Below, piece after piece: positions 5,420-12,148 of a stretch of DNA of 12,148 nucleotides; position 1 is the stretch's first letter, and every line of letters begins with the position of its first letter. Made by a program: the position numbers and the translations under genes. Under the pieces are notes generated by a model. The model did no database searches. It was given only the letters and a program-made list of their open reading frames with translations, and was not told where the DNA came from. This stretch comes from Candidatus Micrarchaeota archaeon (GTDB lineage Archaea; Micrarchaeota; Micrarchaeia; Anstonellales; Bilamarchaeaceae), in contig JBBITJ010000007.1 in assembly GCA_037440825.1 (NCBI GenBank), forward strand, positions 1 through 12,148. The letters run 5' to 3'.

Positions 5420-7841
5420 ATTGCTGCGCCTGCGCGGCGCCCTCGTTTTCATTTTCCTGCTGCACTACTGCAAAAGACGCGACCTTCTCGCCTTCGTCCA
5501 GCCTTATTATGCGCACTCCCTGCGTGTTCCTTCCTATCACGCGTATGTCCTTCACAGGAGAGCGTATGGTCTGGCCCTTGGAGCTTATCACTATCATATC
5601 GTTGCTGTCGTCCACGGATTTCACGCCCACGACCTTTCCGGTCTTGGCTGTGCAGTCCATGTTGGTCACTCCCATGCCGCCCCTGGCCTGCACCCTATAC
5701 TCCGAGAACTCGGTCCTCTTTCCGTATCCGTTCTCCGTAATGGTGAGCACGTGCGGCTTGTCGCATATCGTCGCGCCTATGACCTCGTCATTTTCGCGCA
5801 GCCGTATGCCTATCACGCCCTGGCCGGTCCTTCCGATCTCGCGCGCGTCGTTCTCGTTGAACCTTATCGCGTAGCCGTCGCGGGTTGCGATGAACACCTC
5901 GCTGTTCCCGCTGGTTTTCTTCACGTCAATAAGCGAGTCGCCTTCCTTGAGCGTTATGGCTATTATGCCTCCCTTGCGGGGGTTCGCGAACGCGTCGCAG
6001 CAGATCCTCTTCACTATGCCGTTGCGCGTGACCATCACGAGGAACTCCTTATCCGAGAATCCTTCCATGCTTATCCACGAGCTGACCTTCTCGTCCTTGA
6101 GCTCGAGCATGTTCACTATGGGCTTGCCGCTCGCGTACCTTCCTCCTTCAGGAATGTTGTACGCCTTGAGCCAGTGCACTCTTCCCTTGTCTGTGAAAAA
6201 GAGCATGTAGTTGTGCGTCTTGGTCACCACCACATCCTCCACGAAATCCTCCTCCTTGGTCTCCGTTCCCACGACGCCCTTTCCGCCCCTCTTCTGCGTC
6301 CTGTATTCCTGCAGCGGCACGCGCTTCACGTATCCCCTGTGGCTTATGAAAACCACGACCTCTTCGTTCGGTATGAGGTCCTCCACTGTGCGCTCGTCCA
6401 TGCTTTCCTCGATCTGCGTCCTTCTCGCGTCCGCGTACCTCTTCCTCACGTCCGCGAGCTCGTCCTTTATTATCGCGAGTATCTTTCTCTCGTCGCCGAG
6501 CACGCTTTCGAGCCACGCTATGAGCTTCTTCAGCTCCGCGAGCTCGTTCTCCAGCTTCTCCCTTTCCAGCCCTGTGAGCGCCCTGAGCTTCATCTCCACT
6601 ATCGCGTCGGCCTGCTTCTCGCTCAGCGCATAGCCTTCGATGAGCCCTGCTTTCGCGGCCTTCACATCACTGCAGGATTTGAGGAAAGCGATTATCCTGT
6701 CTATGTTCTTCAGCGCGATCATAAGTCCTTCGAGTATGTGCGCCCTCGCCTCTGCCTGCGCCTTCTCGAATATGCAGCGCTTGCGCACGATCTCCTGCCT
6801 GAACGCCACGAACAGCCTGAGCATCTCGTAGAGCGAAAGCGTCTTTGGCGCGCCGTTCACGAGCGCGAGGTTGTTTATTCCGAAAGAGCTTTCCAGAGGG
6901 GTGTTGGCGTAGAGCTGGTTCAGCACCACGTCCGCTGACGCGTCCTTCTTGAGCTCTATCACGACCTCCATGCCGTCCTTGTCGCTCCTGTCGTGTATCC
7001 CTGAAATACCCTCCACTTTCTTCTCCTTGACAGCATCGGCTATCGCGTCTATTATCGCGACCTTGGTTATCTGGTAGGGGATCTCCCTTATGATGAGCTT
7101 CCTGTTCTTCTCGTCGTTCTCTATTTTCGCCCTTATGCGGATTATTCCCTTCCCGGTCTTGTACGCGTCGTATATCCCGGTTTTGCCAATTATCGTTCCG
7201 CCTGTGGGGAAGTCCGGGCCGGGGACCATCTGCAGCACCTTGGCTTCGTCGGCGCCGTCTATCACCGCCACGAGTGCATCCGTTATCTCGCCTAGGTTGT
7301 GCGGCGGTATGTTGGTCGCCATTCCTACTGCTATTCCAGAGGAGCCGTTGATCAACAGGTTGGGGATCTTGGATGGGAGCACAGTGGGCTCCTTCAGCGT
7401 GCCGTCGAAGTTTGGCGTGAAAGCCACGGTCTCCTTGTCCAGGTCGGCCAGCATCTCCTCCGCGAACTTCTTCATCCTCACTTCCGTGTAACGCATCGCA
7501 GCCGCGTTGTCTCCGTCTATGGAGCCGAAGTTCCCCTGGCCGTCCACGAGCGCGTAGCGCATGCTGAAGTCCTGCGCCATCCTGACCAATGAATCGTAGA
7601 TCGCGGCGTCGCCGTGCGGGTGGTACTTACCAAGGACTTCCCCCACCACTCTTGCGCTCTTCTTGTAGGGCTTGTCGTGCGTGTTCCCGAGCTCGTTCAT
7701 CGCATAAAGTATGCGGCGGTGCACAGGCTTGAGACCGTCGCGTATGTCCGGAAGCGCCCTTCCCACGATCACGCTCATGGCGTAGTCGAGGTAGGATTCC
7801 TTCATGTCCTGCTCTATGGGGCGGTCTAGTATTCCGGTCAT
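5418..7841 (-). CDS. gyrA: DNA gyrase subunit A
   Basis: [34 protein letters not shown], active-site AAAMRYTE and [14 protein letters not shown]. The beta-pinwheel CTD has the GyrA-box QKRGGKG, which indicates gyrase rather than ParC. AGGTG SD at 7850-7854. Confidence 0.98.
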   Translation of the reverse strand: MTGILDRPIEQDMKESYLDYAMSVIVGRALPDIRDGLKPVHRRILYAMNELGNTHDKPYKKSARVVGEVLGKYHPHGDAAIYDSLVRMAQDFSMRYALVDGQGNFGSIDGDNAAAMRYTEVRMKKFAEEMLADLDKETVAFTPNFDGTLKEPTVLPSKIPNLLINGSSGIAVGMATNIPPHNLGEITDALVAVIDGADEAKVLQMVPGPDFPTGGTIIGKTGIYDAYKTGKGIIRIRAKIENDEKNRKLIIREIPYQITKVAIIDAIADAVKEKKVEGISGIHDRSDKDGMEVVIELKKDASADVVLNQLYANTPLESSFGINNLALVNGAPKTLSLYEMLRLFVAFRQEIVRKRCIFEKAQAEARAHILEGLMIALKNIDRIIAFLKSCSDVKAAKAGLIEGYALSEKQADAIVEMKLRALTGLEREKLENELAELKKLIAWLESVLGDERKILAIIKDELADVRKRYADARRTQIEESMDERTVEDLIPNEEVVVFISHRGYVKRVPLQEYRTQKRGGKGVVGTETKEEDFVEDVVVTKTHNYMLFFTDKGRVHWLKAYNIPEGGRYASGKPIVNMLELKDEKVSSWISMEGFSDKEFLVMVTRNGIVKRICCDAFANPRKGGIIAITLKEGDSLIDVKKTSGNSEVFIATRDGYAIRFNENDAREIGRTGQGVIGIRLRENDEVIGATICDKPHVLTITENGYGKRTEFSEYRVQARGGMGVTNMDCTAKTGKVVGVKSVDDSNDMIVISSKGQTIRSPVKDIRVIGRNTQGVRIIRLDEGEKVASFAVVQQENENEGAAQAQQ

Positions 7842-7907
7842 TTCCTGAGCACCTAATCAGCATTATTTATCGTCGTAAAAATACCTTATTCATATTGCAT
7901 GTCGAGG

Positions 7908-7931
7908 TTTAAAAAGGTTGGGCTACAGCCC
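7908..7931 (-). promoter_or_regulatory. Putative gyrA promoter (TATA TTTTTAAA 7908-7915) with adjacent palindrome GGGCT-ac-AGCCC (7920-7931)
   Basis: TATA-like box about 70 nt upstream of the gyrA ATG in an AT-rich gap. Confidence 0.45.
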
Positions 7932-8027
7932 TTTCGAATAACCGAAAACCACCAAAAAACACAAGGTATCTAAAGCCAGAAATCCACAATTAAGGATTGG
8001 GTTTCCCGCTCGCATCAACTAATGAAA

Positions 8028-8125
8028 ACTACTCAGTCCGCACGTCTCTCATCATCGCCCCCGCGTGGCTTTTTACGGCTTAGGCAGGAAGCTCGGTGAT
8101 CACTTCCATCATCACAAAGGAGTAT
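8028..8125 (-). ncRNA. Box C/D guide sRNA (2'-O-methylation guide candidate)
   Basis: Minus strand, in order: C box GTGATGA (8115-8109), 12-nt guide TGGAAGTGATCA, D' CCGA (8096-8093), 37-nt linker closed by a GCTTCC(T)GC/GCGGGGGC stem, C' ATGATGA (8055-8049), 12-nt guide GAGACGTGCGGA, D CTGA (8036-8033). TATA-like TATAATAAAT lies at 8145-8136 upstream and a T4 run follows box D. Confidence 0.8.
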
Positions 8126-8248
8126 TATCTATTCTATTTATTATAGCTTATGCTGCCAAGCAAGCAGCAATGCGAACAAAATATCCAGGTTTCCATGGGC
8201 GCAGATGCTCGGCCCGAATATATAAGAGTTCCATTTTTGTGCGGGCCG

Positions 8249-9286
8249 CTATGGACATGCCTCGAACTCGCAGTAAGGAGGGACGCGGCCCACGTAGGAG
8301 CCGTCGGCGCACTTCATTATGTCCTGCGAGCAGTAGGCGCACGGAGGTATGTCGTCTATGCACCCCGTGTTGTTAAGCATGAGCGGGATTTCCGGCTGGG
8401 AAGGCGTGGCGTTGCCCTCTGCTGCAGGCGGGCAGGGCACGAACCTGCACGCGGGCGGGACGCGGCCCACGTAGGAGCCGTCGGCGCACTCGAGCAGGTC
8501 CTCCGGGCATAGGATGCACGATTTCACGTCCTCCTCGCACGCCCTCGTCTCGTTGGAATAGATGAAGAGCCTCCTGTCGGGAGTCTTGCACTCCGTTCCA
8601 TTCGTGCCTTCTACGGCGAAGCCGGACGCAATGCACTCGGCGAACGTGGTTATCCTGGAATAATTGACCTCCGGACAGGGTGCGAATTCGCATTCCGGCG
8701 CGACCCGCCCGACGTAAGCGCCGTTGGCGCACAGCTTCGCGTCCTGCGGGCATTCCCCTGAATTCTTCATGAATACCTTGCCGTCGGGGGTGCTGCACGT
8801 CGGCGGATCGGATCCGATTACGGCGAAGCCGGCTGCAGCGCATTCCTCGAAAGACGCGATTCCGGAATAGTCCTGCTCTGGGCAGGCCGCGAAGCCGCAT
8901 TCGGGCGGGACTTGCATGGAAAACGAGCCGTCCCAGCATTCTATCGCCTCGTTGGAGCAGTTGCCATCCGCGGAGGCATTGAGGAATACCCTCCCTTCTG
9001 CAGTCTTGCATCGCTGCGGCGAGGTGCCCTCCACAACGTAGCCGGCATCCACGCAGTCGTCGAAAGACGATATCGTGCCGTTGGTCGCACCAGACAGGTT
9101 GCTTGAAGGGCACGGAGCGAACTCGCAGCGCGGCGGGATCCTGCCCACGGAAGAGCCGTCCGGGCAGACCCTCGCTTCCTGTGTGCATGCCGCCCCTGCG
9201 CCTGAAGCCTGGTTGTACACTTGCGTCGCAACGAGCGCGAGCGCCACCAGCACCGTGAGAACGATCAGGATGTCGCGGCTTTCCAT
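8249..9286 (-). CDS. Membrane-anchored/secreted cysteine-rich modular repeat protein
   Basis: N-terminal hydrophobic helix. Five 4-Cys modules (CxxD/ExxxCxDGSxVGRVPPxCxFxxCP) and three 2-Cys modules (IxxFxE/DCxxxGxxVxGxxPxxCxTxDGxxF). 30 Cys and 9 N-x-S/T sequons. TATAAA at 9313-9308 upstream. Confidence 0.88.
   Translation of the reverse strand: MESRDILIVLTVLVALALVATQVYNQASGAGAACTQEARVCPDGSSVGRIPPRCEFAPCPSSNLSGATNGTISSFDDCVDAGYVVEGTSPQRCKTAEGRVFLNASADGNCSNEAIECWDGSFSMQVPPECGFAACPEQDYSGIASFEECAAAGFAVIGSDPPTCSTPDGKVFMKNSGECPQDAKLCANGAYVGRVAPECEFAPCPEVNYSRITTFAECIASGFAVEGTNGTECKTPDRRLFIYSNETRACEEDVKSCILCPEDLLECADGSYVGRVPPACRFVPCPPAAEGNATPSQPEIPLMLNNTGCIDDIPPCAYCSQDIMKCADGSYVGRVPPYCEFEACP
8280..8490. 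repeat. 34-bp perfect direct repeat (8280-8313 and 8457-8490) inside the Cys-rich gene
   Basis: GGGACGCGGCCCACGTAGGAGCCGTCGGCGCACT occurs twice and encodes CADGSYVGRVP in the last two 4-Cys modules. Confidence 0.95.
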
Positions 9287-9307
9287 GGCCCAAAGTCGGT
9301 TCCGCGC

Positions 9308-9389
9308 TTTATATTGGTTGCGTTTCCATCCGCATCCAGGAACGTTTTTATACTTTCTTCACCCTTATAAGAGCGCTAATTCGGTGGGA
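9308..9389. promoter_or_regulatory. Divergent promoter between the Cys-rich gene and the pentose phosphate operon
   Basis: Minus-strand TATAAA at 9313-9308. Plus-strand TTTTATA (about 9346-9352) and TTATAA (9365-9370), with a GGTGGGA SD at 9383-9389 before ATG 9394. Confidence 0.5.
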
Positions 9390-9393
9390 TTCG

Positions 9394-10065
9394 ATGAAGG
9401 CTGCTAATTTGAAAACTAGGGACGTGGAAGTCATCCCTGCCGTATTGGTGAAGACCAGGGACGCGCTGCTCGAATCCATAAAGAAAGTGAGTCCCTACGT
9501 AAAAACGATTCATATAGATGTGATGGACAACAAATTCGTTCCTAATCTTACAGTAGGGCTGAATGAGCTCAAGAATATGCCCGAGAACGTGCAGTATGAA
9601 TTCCACTGGATGGTGAAGAACCCTGAGCAGTGGATCAAGGGCATCATGGGCGGGCACATCCACCTCGTGCATGTAGAGACGATTGATGGAAATTGGGATG
9701 CAGTGAAGAAAGCGGTGAAGGAAGCCGGAGGGACGCTGGGATTGGCGATAAATCCTGAAACGCCTCTGGAGAAAATACTGCCGTACGCAAAGGGCGCGGA
9801 ACGGATTTTGGTAATGTCCGTGCATCCAGGATTTTCCGGCCAGAAATACATCAAGGAAGTGGAGGAAAAAATCTCGTTCTTGAGGAGGGAATTCCCGCAA
9901 CTCAACATAGAAGTGGACGGCGGAATCAACGCGGAAACTGTCGCTTCGGCGATCAAGGCAGGCGTGGACAAGATCGCTGCGGCGAGCGCGATATTCAACG
10001 CTGGGGACGTAGGTGCGGCGATTGAGAAGCTGAAGAAGATTGCAGGCGATGCAAATGCGCACTAA
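9394..10065 (+). CDS. rpe: Ribulose-phosphate 3-epimerase
   Basis: HIDVMDNKFVPN, EFHWMV, VHVE, GLAINPETP, LVMSVHPGFSGQKY and IEVDGGIN motifs. Confidence 0.96.
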   Translation: MKAANLKTRDVEVIPAVLVKTRDALLESIKKVSPYVKTIHIDVMDNKFVPNLTVGLNELKNMPENVQYEFHWMVKNPEQWIKGIMGGHIHLVHVETIDGNWDAVKKAVKEAGGTLGLAINPETPLEKILPYAKGAERILVMSVHPGFSGQKYIKEVEEKISFLRREFPQLNIEVDGGINAETVASAIKAGVDKIAAASAIFNAGDVGAAIEKLKKIAGDANAH

Positions 10066-10909
10066 AATAACCAACATAAAGCAGCTCCACCTCATCGCGA
10101 ACACTATAAGGCAGGACGTGATAAGGATGCTGCACGAGGCGAAGAGCGGCCATTCCGCAGGCTCCATCGGACTCGTGGACATTTTCACGGCATTGTATTT
10201 CAACGTGCTATACCATGACCCCAAAAACCCGGAGTGGGAAGGACGAGACAGGCTCATACTTTCCAACGGCCACGTGTGCCCGGTGCAATACGCGGCGCTC
10301 GCGAACGCGGGCTATTTCCCCAAGGAGGAGCTCATGACGTTGAGGAAAATGGGCTCGAGATTGCAGGGCCATCCGCACAGGGGAACGCTTCCGGGAATAG
10401 AGAATTCCTCAGGTCCTCTGGCGCAGGGGCTTTCCCAGGCAGTCGGGATGGCGATAGTCGCCAGGGCTGAGAAGAAGAAATGGCGCGTGTACTGCATAAC
10501 GAGCGACGGCGAGCAGCAGGAGGGTCAGAACTGGGAGGCAGTGATGCTGGCTGCGAAGTACAAGCTCGGAAACCTCACCGCGATAATGGACCGCAACAAC
10601 ATACAGATAGACGGATTCACCGAGGAAGTGATGCCTCTAGAGCCCTTGGCTGAGAAGTACAAGGCGTTCGGCTGGAACGTGATAGAGATAGACGGGCACA
10701 ACATACAGAAGATAATTGACGCATGCGAGGAGAGCAAGGCGATATACGAGAAGCCTACAATGATAATAGCCCACACCATCCCAGGAAAGGGCATACCATT
10801 CATGGAATTCCTGACCGAATGGCACGGAAAGACCCCGAGCAGCGAAGAGAAGGAGAAGGCGATAGAAATACTGCTCGAAAACAGGAAGGAGATAGAAAAC
10901 GAGTCGTGA
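10055..10909 (+). CDS. Transketolase, N-terminal (ThDP-binding) subunit
   Basis: SGHSAGS, DRLILSNGH, LQGHP, SSGPLAQG, ThDP motif SDGEQQEG...DRN and WHGK. Start is ATG 10055 or 10049, overlapping the end of rpe. Confidence 0.95.
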   Translation: MRTKITNIKQLHLIANTIRQDVIRMLHEAKSGHSAGSIGLVDIFTALYFNVLYHDPKNPEWEGRDRLILSNGHVCPVQYAALANAGYFPKEELMTLRKMGSRLQGHPHRGTLPGIENSSGPLAQGLSQAVGMAIVARAEKKKWRVYCITSDGEQQEGQNWEAVMLAAKYKLGNLTAIMDRNNIQIDGFTEEVMPLEPLAEKYKAFGWNVIEIDGHNIQKIIDACEESKAIYEKPTMIIAHTIPGKGIPFMEFLTEWHGKTPSSEEKEKAIEILLENRKEIENES

Positions 10910-10913
10910 GAGC

Positions 10914-11888
10914 ATGCTTAATCCTGAAATGCACCTTGACATGAACGGAAAGCCGGCGGCGTTGCGCGACGGGTTCGGCAAGGCTTTGGTCGAGCTGGGC
11001 GAGAAGGATCCCAACGTGTGGGTGCTCACCGCTGATGTCGCGGAATCCACCCGGGTGCACTGGTTCGCGGAGAGATTCCCGAAGAGGTTCGTGCAGGTGG
11101 GCATCGCGGAGCAGAACATGGCTTCAGTGGCTGCAGGCATTGCGGCATGCGGAAAGACTGCATTCATATCCGCGTTCGGGGCTTTCAACCCCGGAAGGAA
11201 TTTCGACCAGATTAGGGTTTCAGTGTGCTACAACAACGTGAAAGTCATAATACACGGCTCGCACGCCGGGATAACGGTGGGGCCCGACGGCGCCACGCAC
11301 CAGATTCTCGAGGACCTGGCGATGATGAGGGCGCTGCCGAACATGACGGTGATAGTGCCTGCTGACATGGAGGAGGCGAAGAAGGCCACGTTCGCCGCCC
11401 ATGCTGGCAAAGGTCCTGCATACATACGCACAAGCAGGGAGAAGGTACCCACCATCACCACCGCGGGCACGCCGTTCGAGGTAGGGAAGGCGAACGTTTT
11501 GCGCGACGGCAAGGACGTGGCGATATTAGCGTGCGGAGTGGAAGTTTACCATTCGTTGAAGGCGGCTGAGCTGCTGGAGAAGGACGGTATAAGCGCTGCC
11601 GTGATCAACGTGCACACGCTCAAGCCCATAGACACCGCGACAATAGTGAAATACGCGGAGAAGTGCAGGCTCGCTGTTTCAGTGGAGGAGCACCAAGTGA
11701 TAGGAGGACTCGGCTCCGCTGTCGCTGAAGTGCTTAGCGAAGTTGACGGAGTCCCGCTCAAGAGGCACGGAGTCTACGACAGGTTCGCCGAATCAGGTCA
11801 AGCGCCTGAGCTGATGAAGAAATACAAACTGGACGCTCAAGGAATTTATGAGACCGTAAAGGAAGCAGTGGCGTATTACAAAAGGTGA
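10914..11888 (+). CDS. Transketolase, C-terminal (pyrimidine-binding/C-terminal) subunit
   Basis: RDGFGKAL, GIAEQNM, GPDGATHQ, GPAYIR, TLKPID and VEEHQVIGGLGSAVAE. It begins 4 nt after the N-subunit stop. Confidence 0.95.
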   Translation: MLNPEMHLDMNGKPAALRDGFGKALVELGEKDPNVWVLTADVAESTRVHWFAERFPKRFVQVGIAEQNMASVAAGIAACGKTAFISAFGAFNPGRNFDQIRVSVCYNNVKVIIHGSHAGITVGPDGATHQILEDLAMMRALPNMTVIVPADMEEAKKATFAAHAGKGPAYIRTSREKVPTITTAGTPFEVGKANVLRDGKDVAILACGVEVYHSLKAAELLEKDGISAAVINVHTLKPIDTATIVKYAEKCRLAVSVEEHQVIGGLGSAVAEVLSEVDGVPLKRHGVYDRFAESGQAPELMKKYKLDAQGIYETVKEAVAYYKR

Positions 11889-11892
11889 TTTG

Positions 11893-12093
11893 ATGCCAGA
11901 ATGCGAACATGCTGATAAAAGCTGGGACCACAATTTCTTCGAATGCATGAATAAAGGAAAATGCGGGGACAAGGTCGTAGCGTATCCCGGATTTGTGATA
12001 TGCGCAAGAAGCCCGATAATGGCAGAGCACATAATCAAGGACGTGAAGACGGCGAGGGCGCCTGTAGTGAAGGAACTGAGCAGAATCAGGTGA
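11893..12093 (+). CDS. Small hypothetical protein (66 aa, 4 Cys)
   Basis: Fills the gap between transketolase and transaldolase exactly. AGGTGAT SD overlaps the upstream stop, and its own stop lies within the AGGTGA SD of the next gene. Confidence 0.7.
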   Translation: MPECEHADKSWDHNFFECMNKGKCGDKVVAYPGFVICARSPIMAEHIIKDVKTARAPVVKELSRIR

Positions 12094-12097
12094 AAAA

Positions 12098-12148
12098 ATG
12101 AAATTCTTTCTTGACACGACGAACATAGATGAGATAAAGAAATACGCC
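12098..12148 (+). CDS. Transaldolase / fructose-6-phosphate aldolase family protein (5' partial)
   Basis: ATG 12098 after an AGGTGA SD. MKFFLDTTNIDEIKKYA matches the N-terminus of the short TalC/MipB family, and the pentose phosphate operon context fits. Truncated by the window edge. Confidence 0.85.
   Translation, partial: MKFFLDTTNIDEIKKYA

Noticed and set aside
5104..5421. 105-aa minus-strand ORF overlapping the gyrA stop
   Set aside because: No motif, and it lies antisense to the much more convincing HTH ORF.
5421..6938. 505-aa plus-strand ORF
   Set aside because: Antisense shadow of gyrA.
8280..8490. 34-bp repeat as a CRISPR array or DGR template/variable pair
   Set aside because: Only two copies, in frame within a protein repeat, with a 143-bp gap. 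There are no adenine-specific mismatches and no cas or reverse transcriptase gene.
8065..8512. ORFs 8065-8376 (+), 8150-8512 (+) and 8148-8363 (-)
   Set aside because: They overlap the C/D sRNA or the Cys-rich gene and have no SD or motifs.
9376..10266. 296-aa minus-strand ORF
   Set aside because: Antisense shadow of rpe and transketolase.

Overview
This is a gene-dense window from an archaeon. TATA-box promoters, AGGTGA Shine-Dalgarno (SD) sites and a C/D-box sRNA support that, and the gene content suggests DPANN, possibly Micrarchaeota (inference). Left to right it contains: (1) a copper/heavy-metal module of a stand-alone HMA chaperone and a DsbD_2/TauE-like membrane protein with a cupredoxin-like tail; (2) a minus-strand cluster of a triple excisionase/BldC-like wHTH protein, a degenerate Nudix-fold protein and tRNA-dihydrouridine synthase; (3) a type-I membrane surface protein; (4) a tiny resolvase-type HTH ORF whose best start signal is out of frame; (5) gyrA without gyrB; (6) a candidate C/D-box guide RNA missed by the ORF track (about 8028-8125, minus); (7) a 30-Cys modular surface protein; and (8) a non-oxidative pentose phosphate operon (rpe, split transketolase, a 66-aa 4-Cys ORF, start of transaldolase/FSA). 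The most notable items are the C/D sRNA, the triple-wHTH protein and its operon, the frame-split HTH gene and the small Cys protein inside the pentose phosphate operon. No CRISPR array, tRNA, rRNA or transposase was seen.
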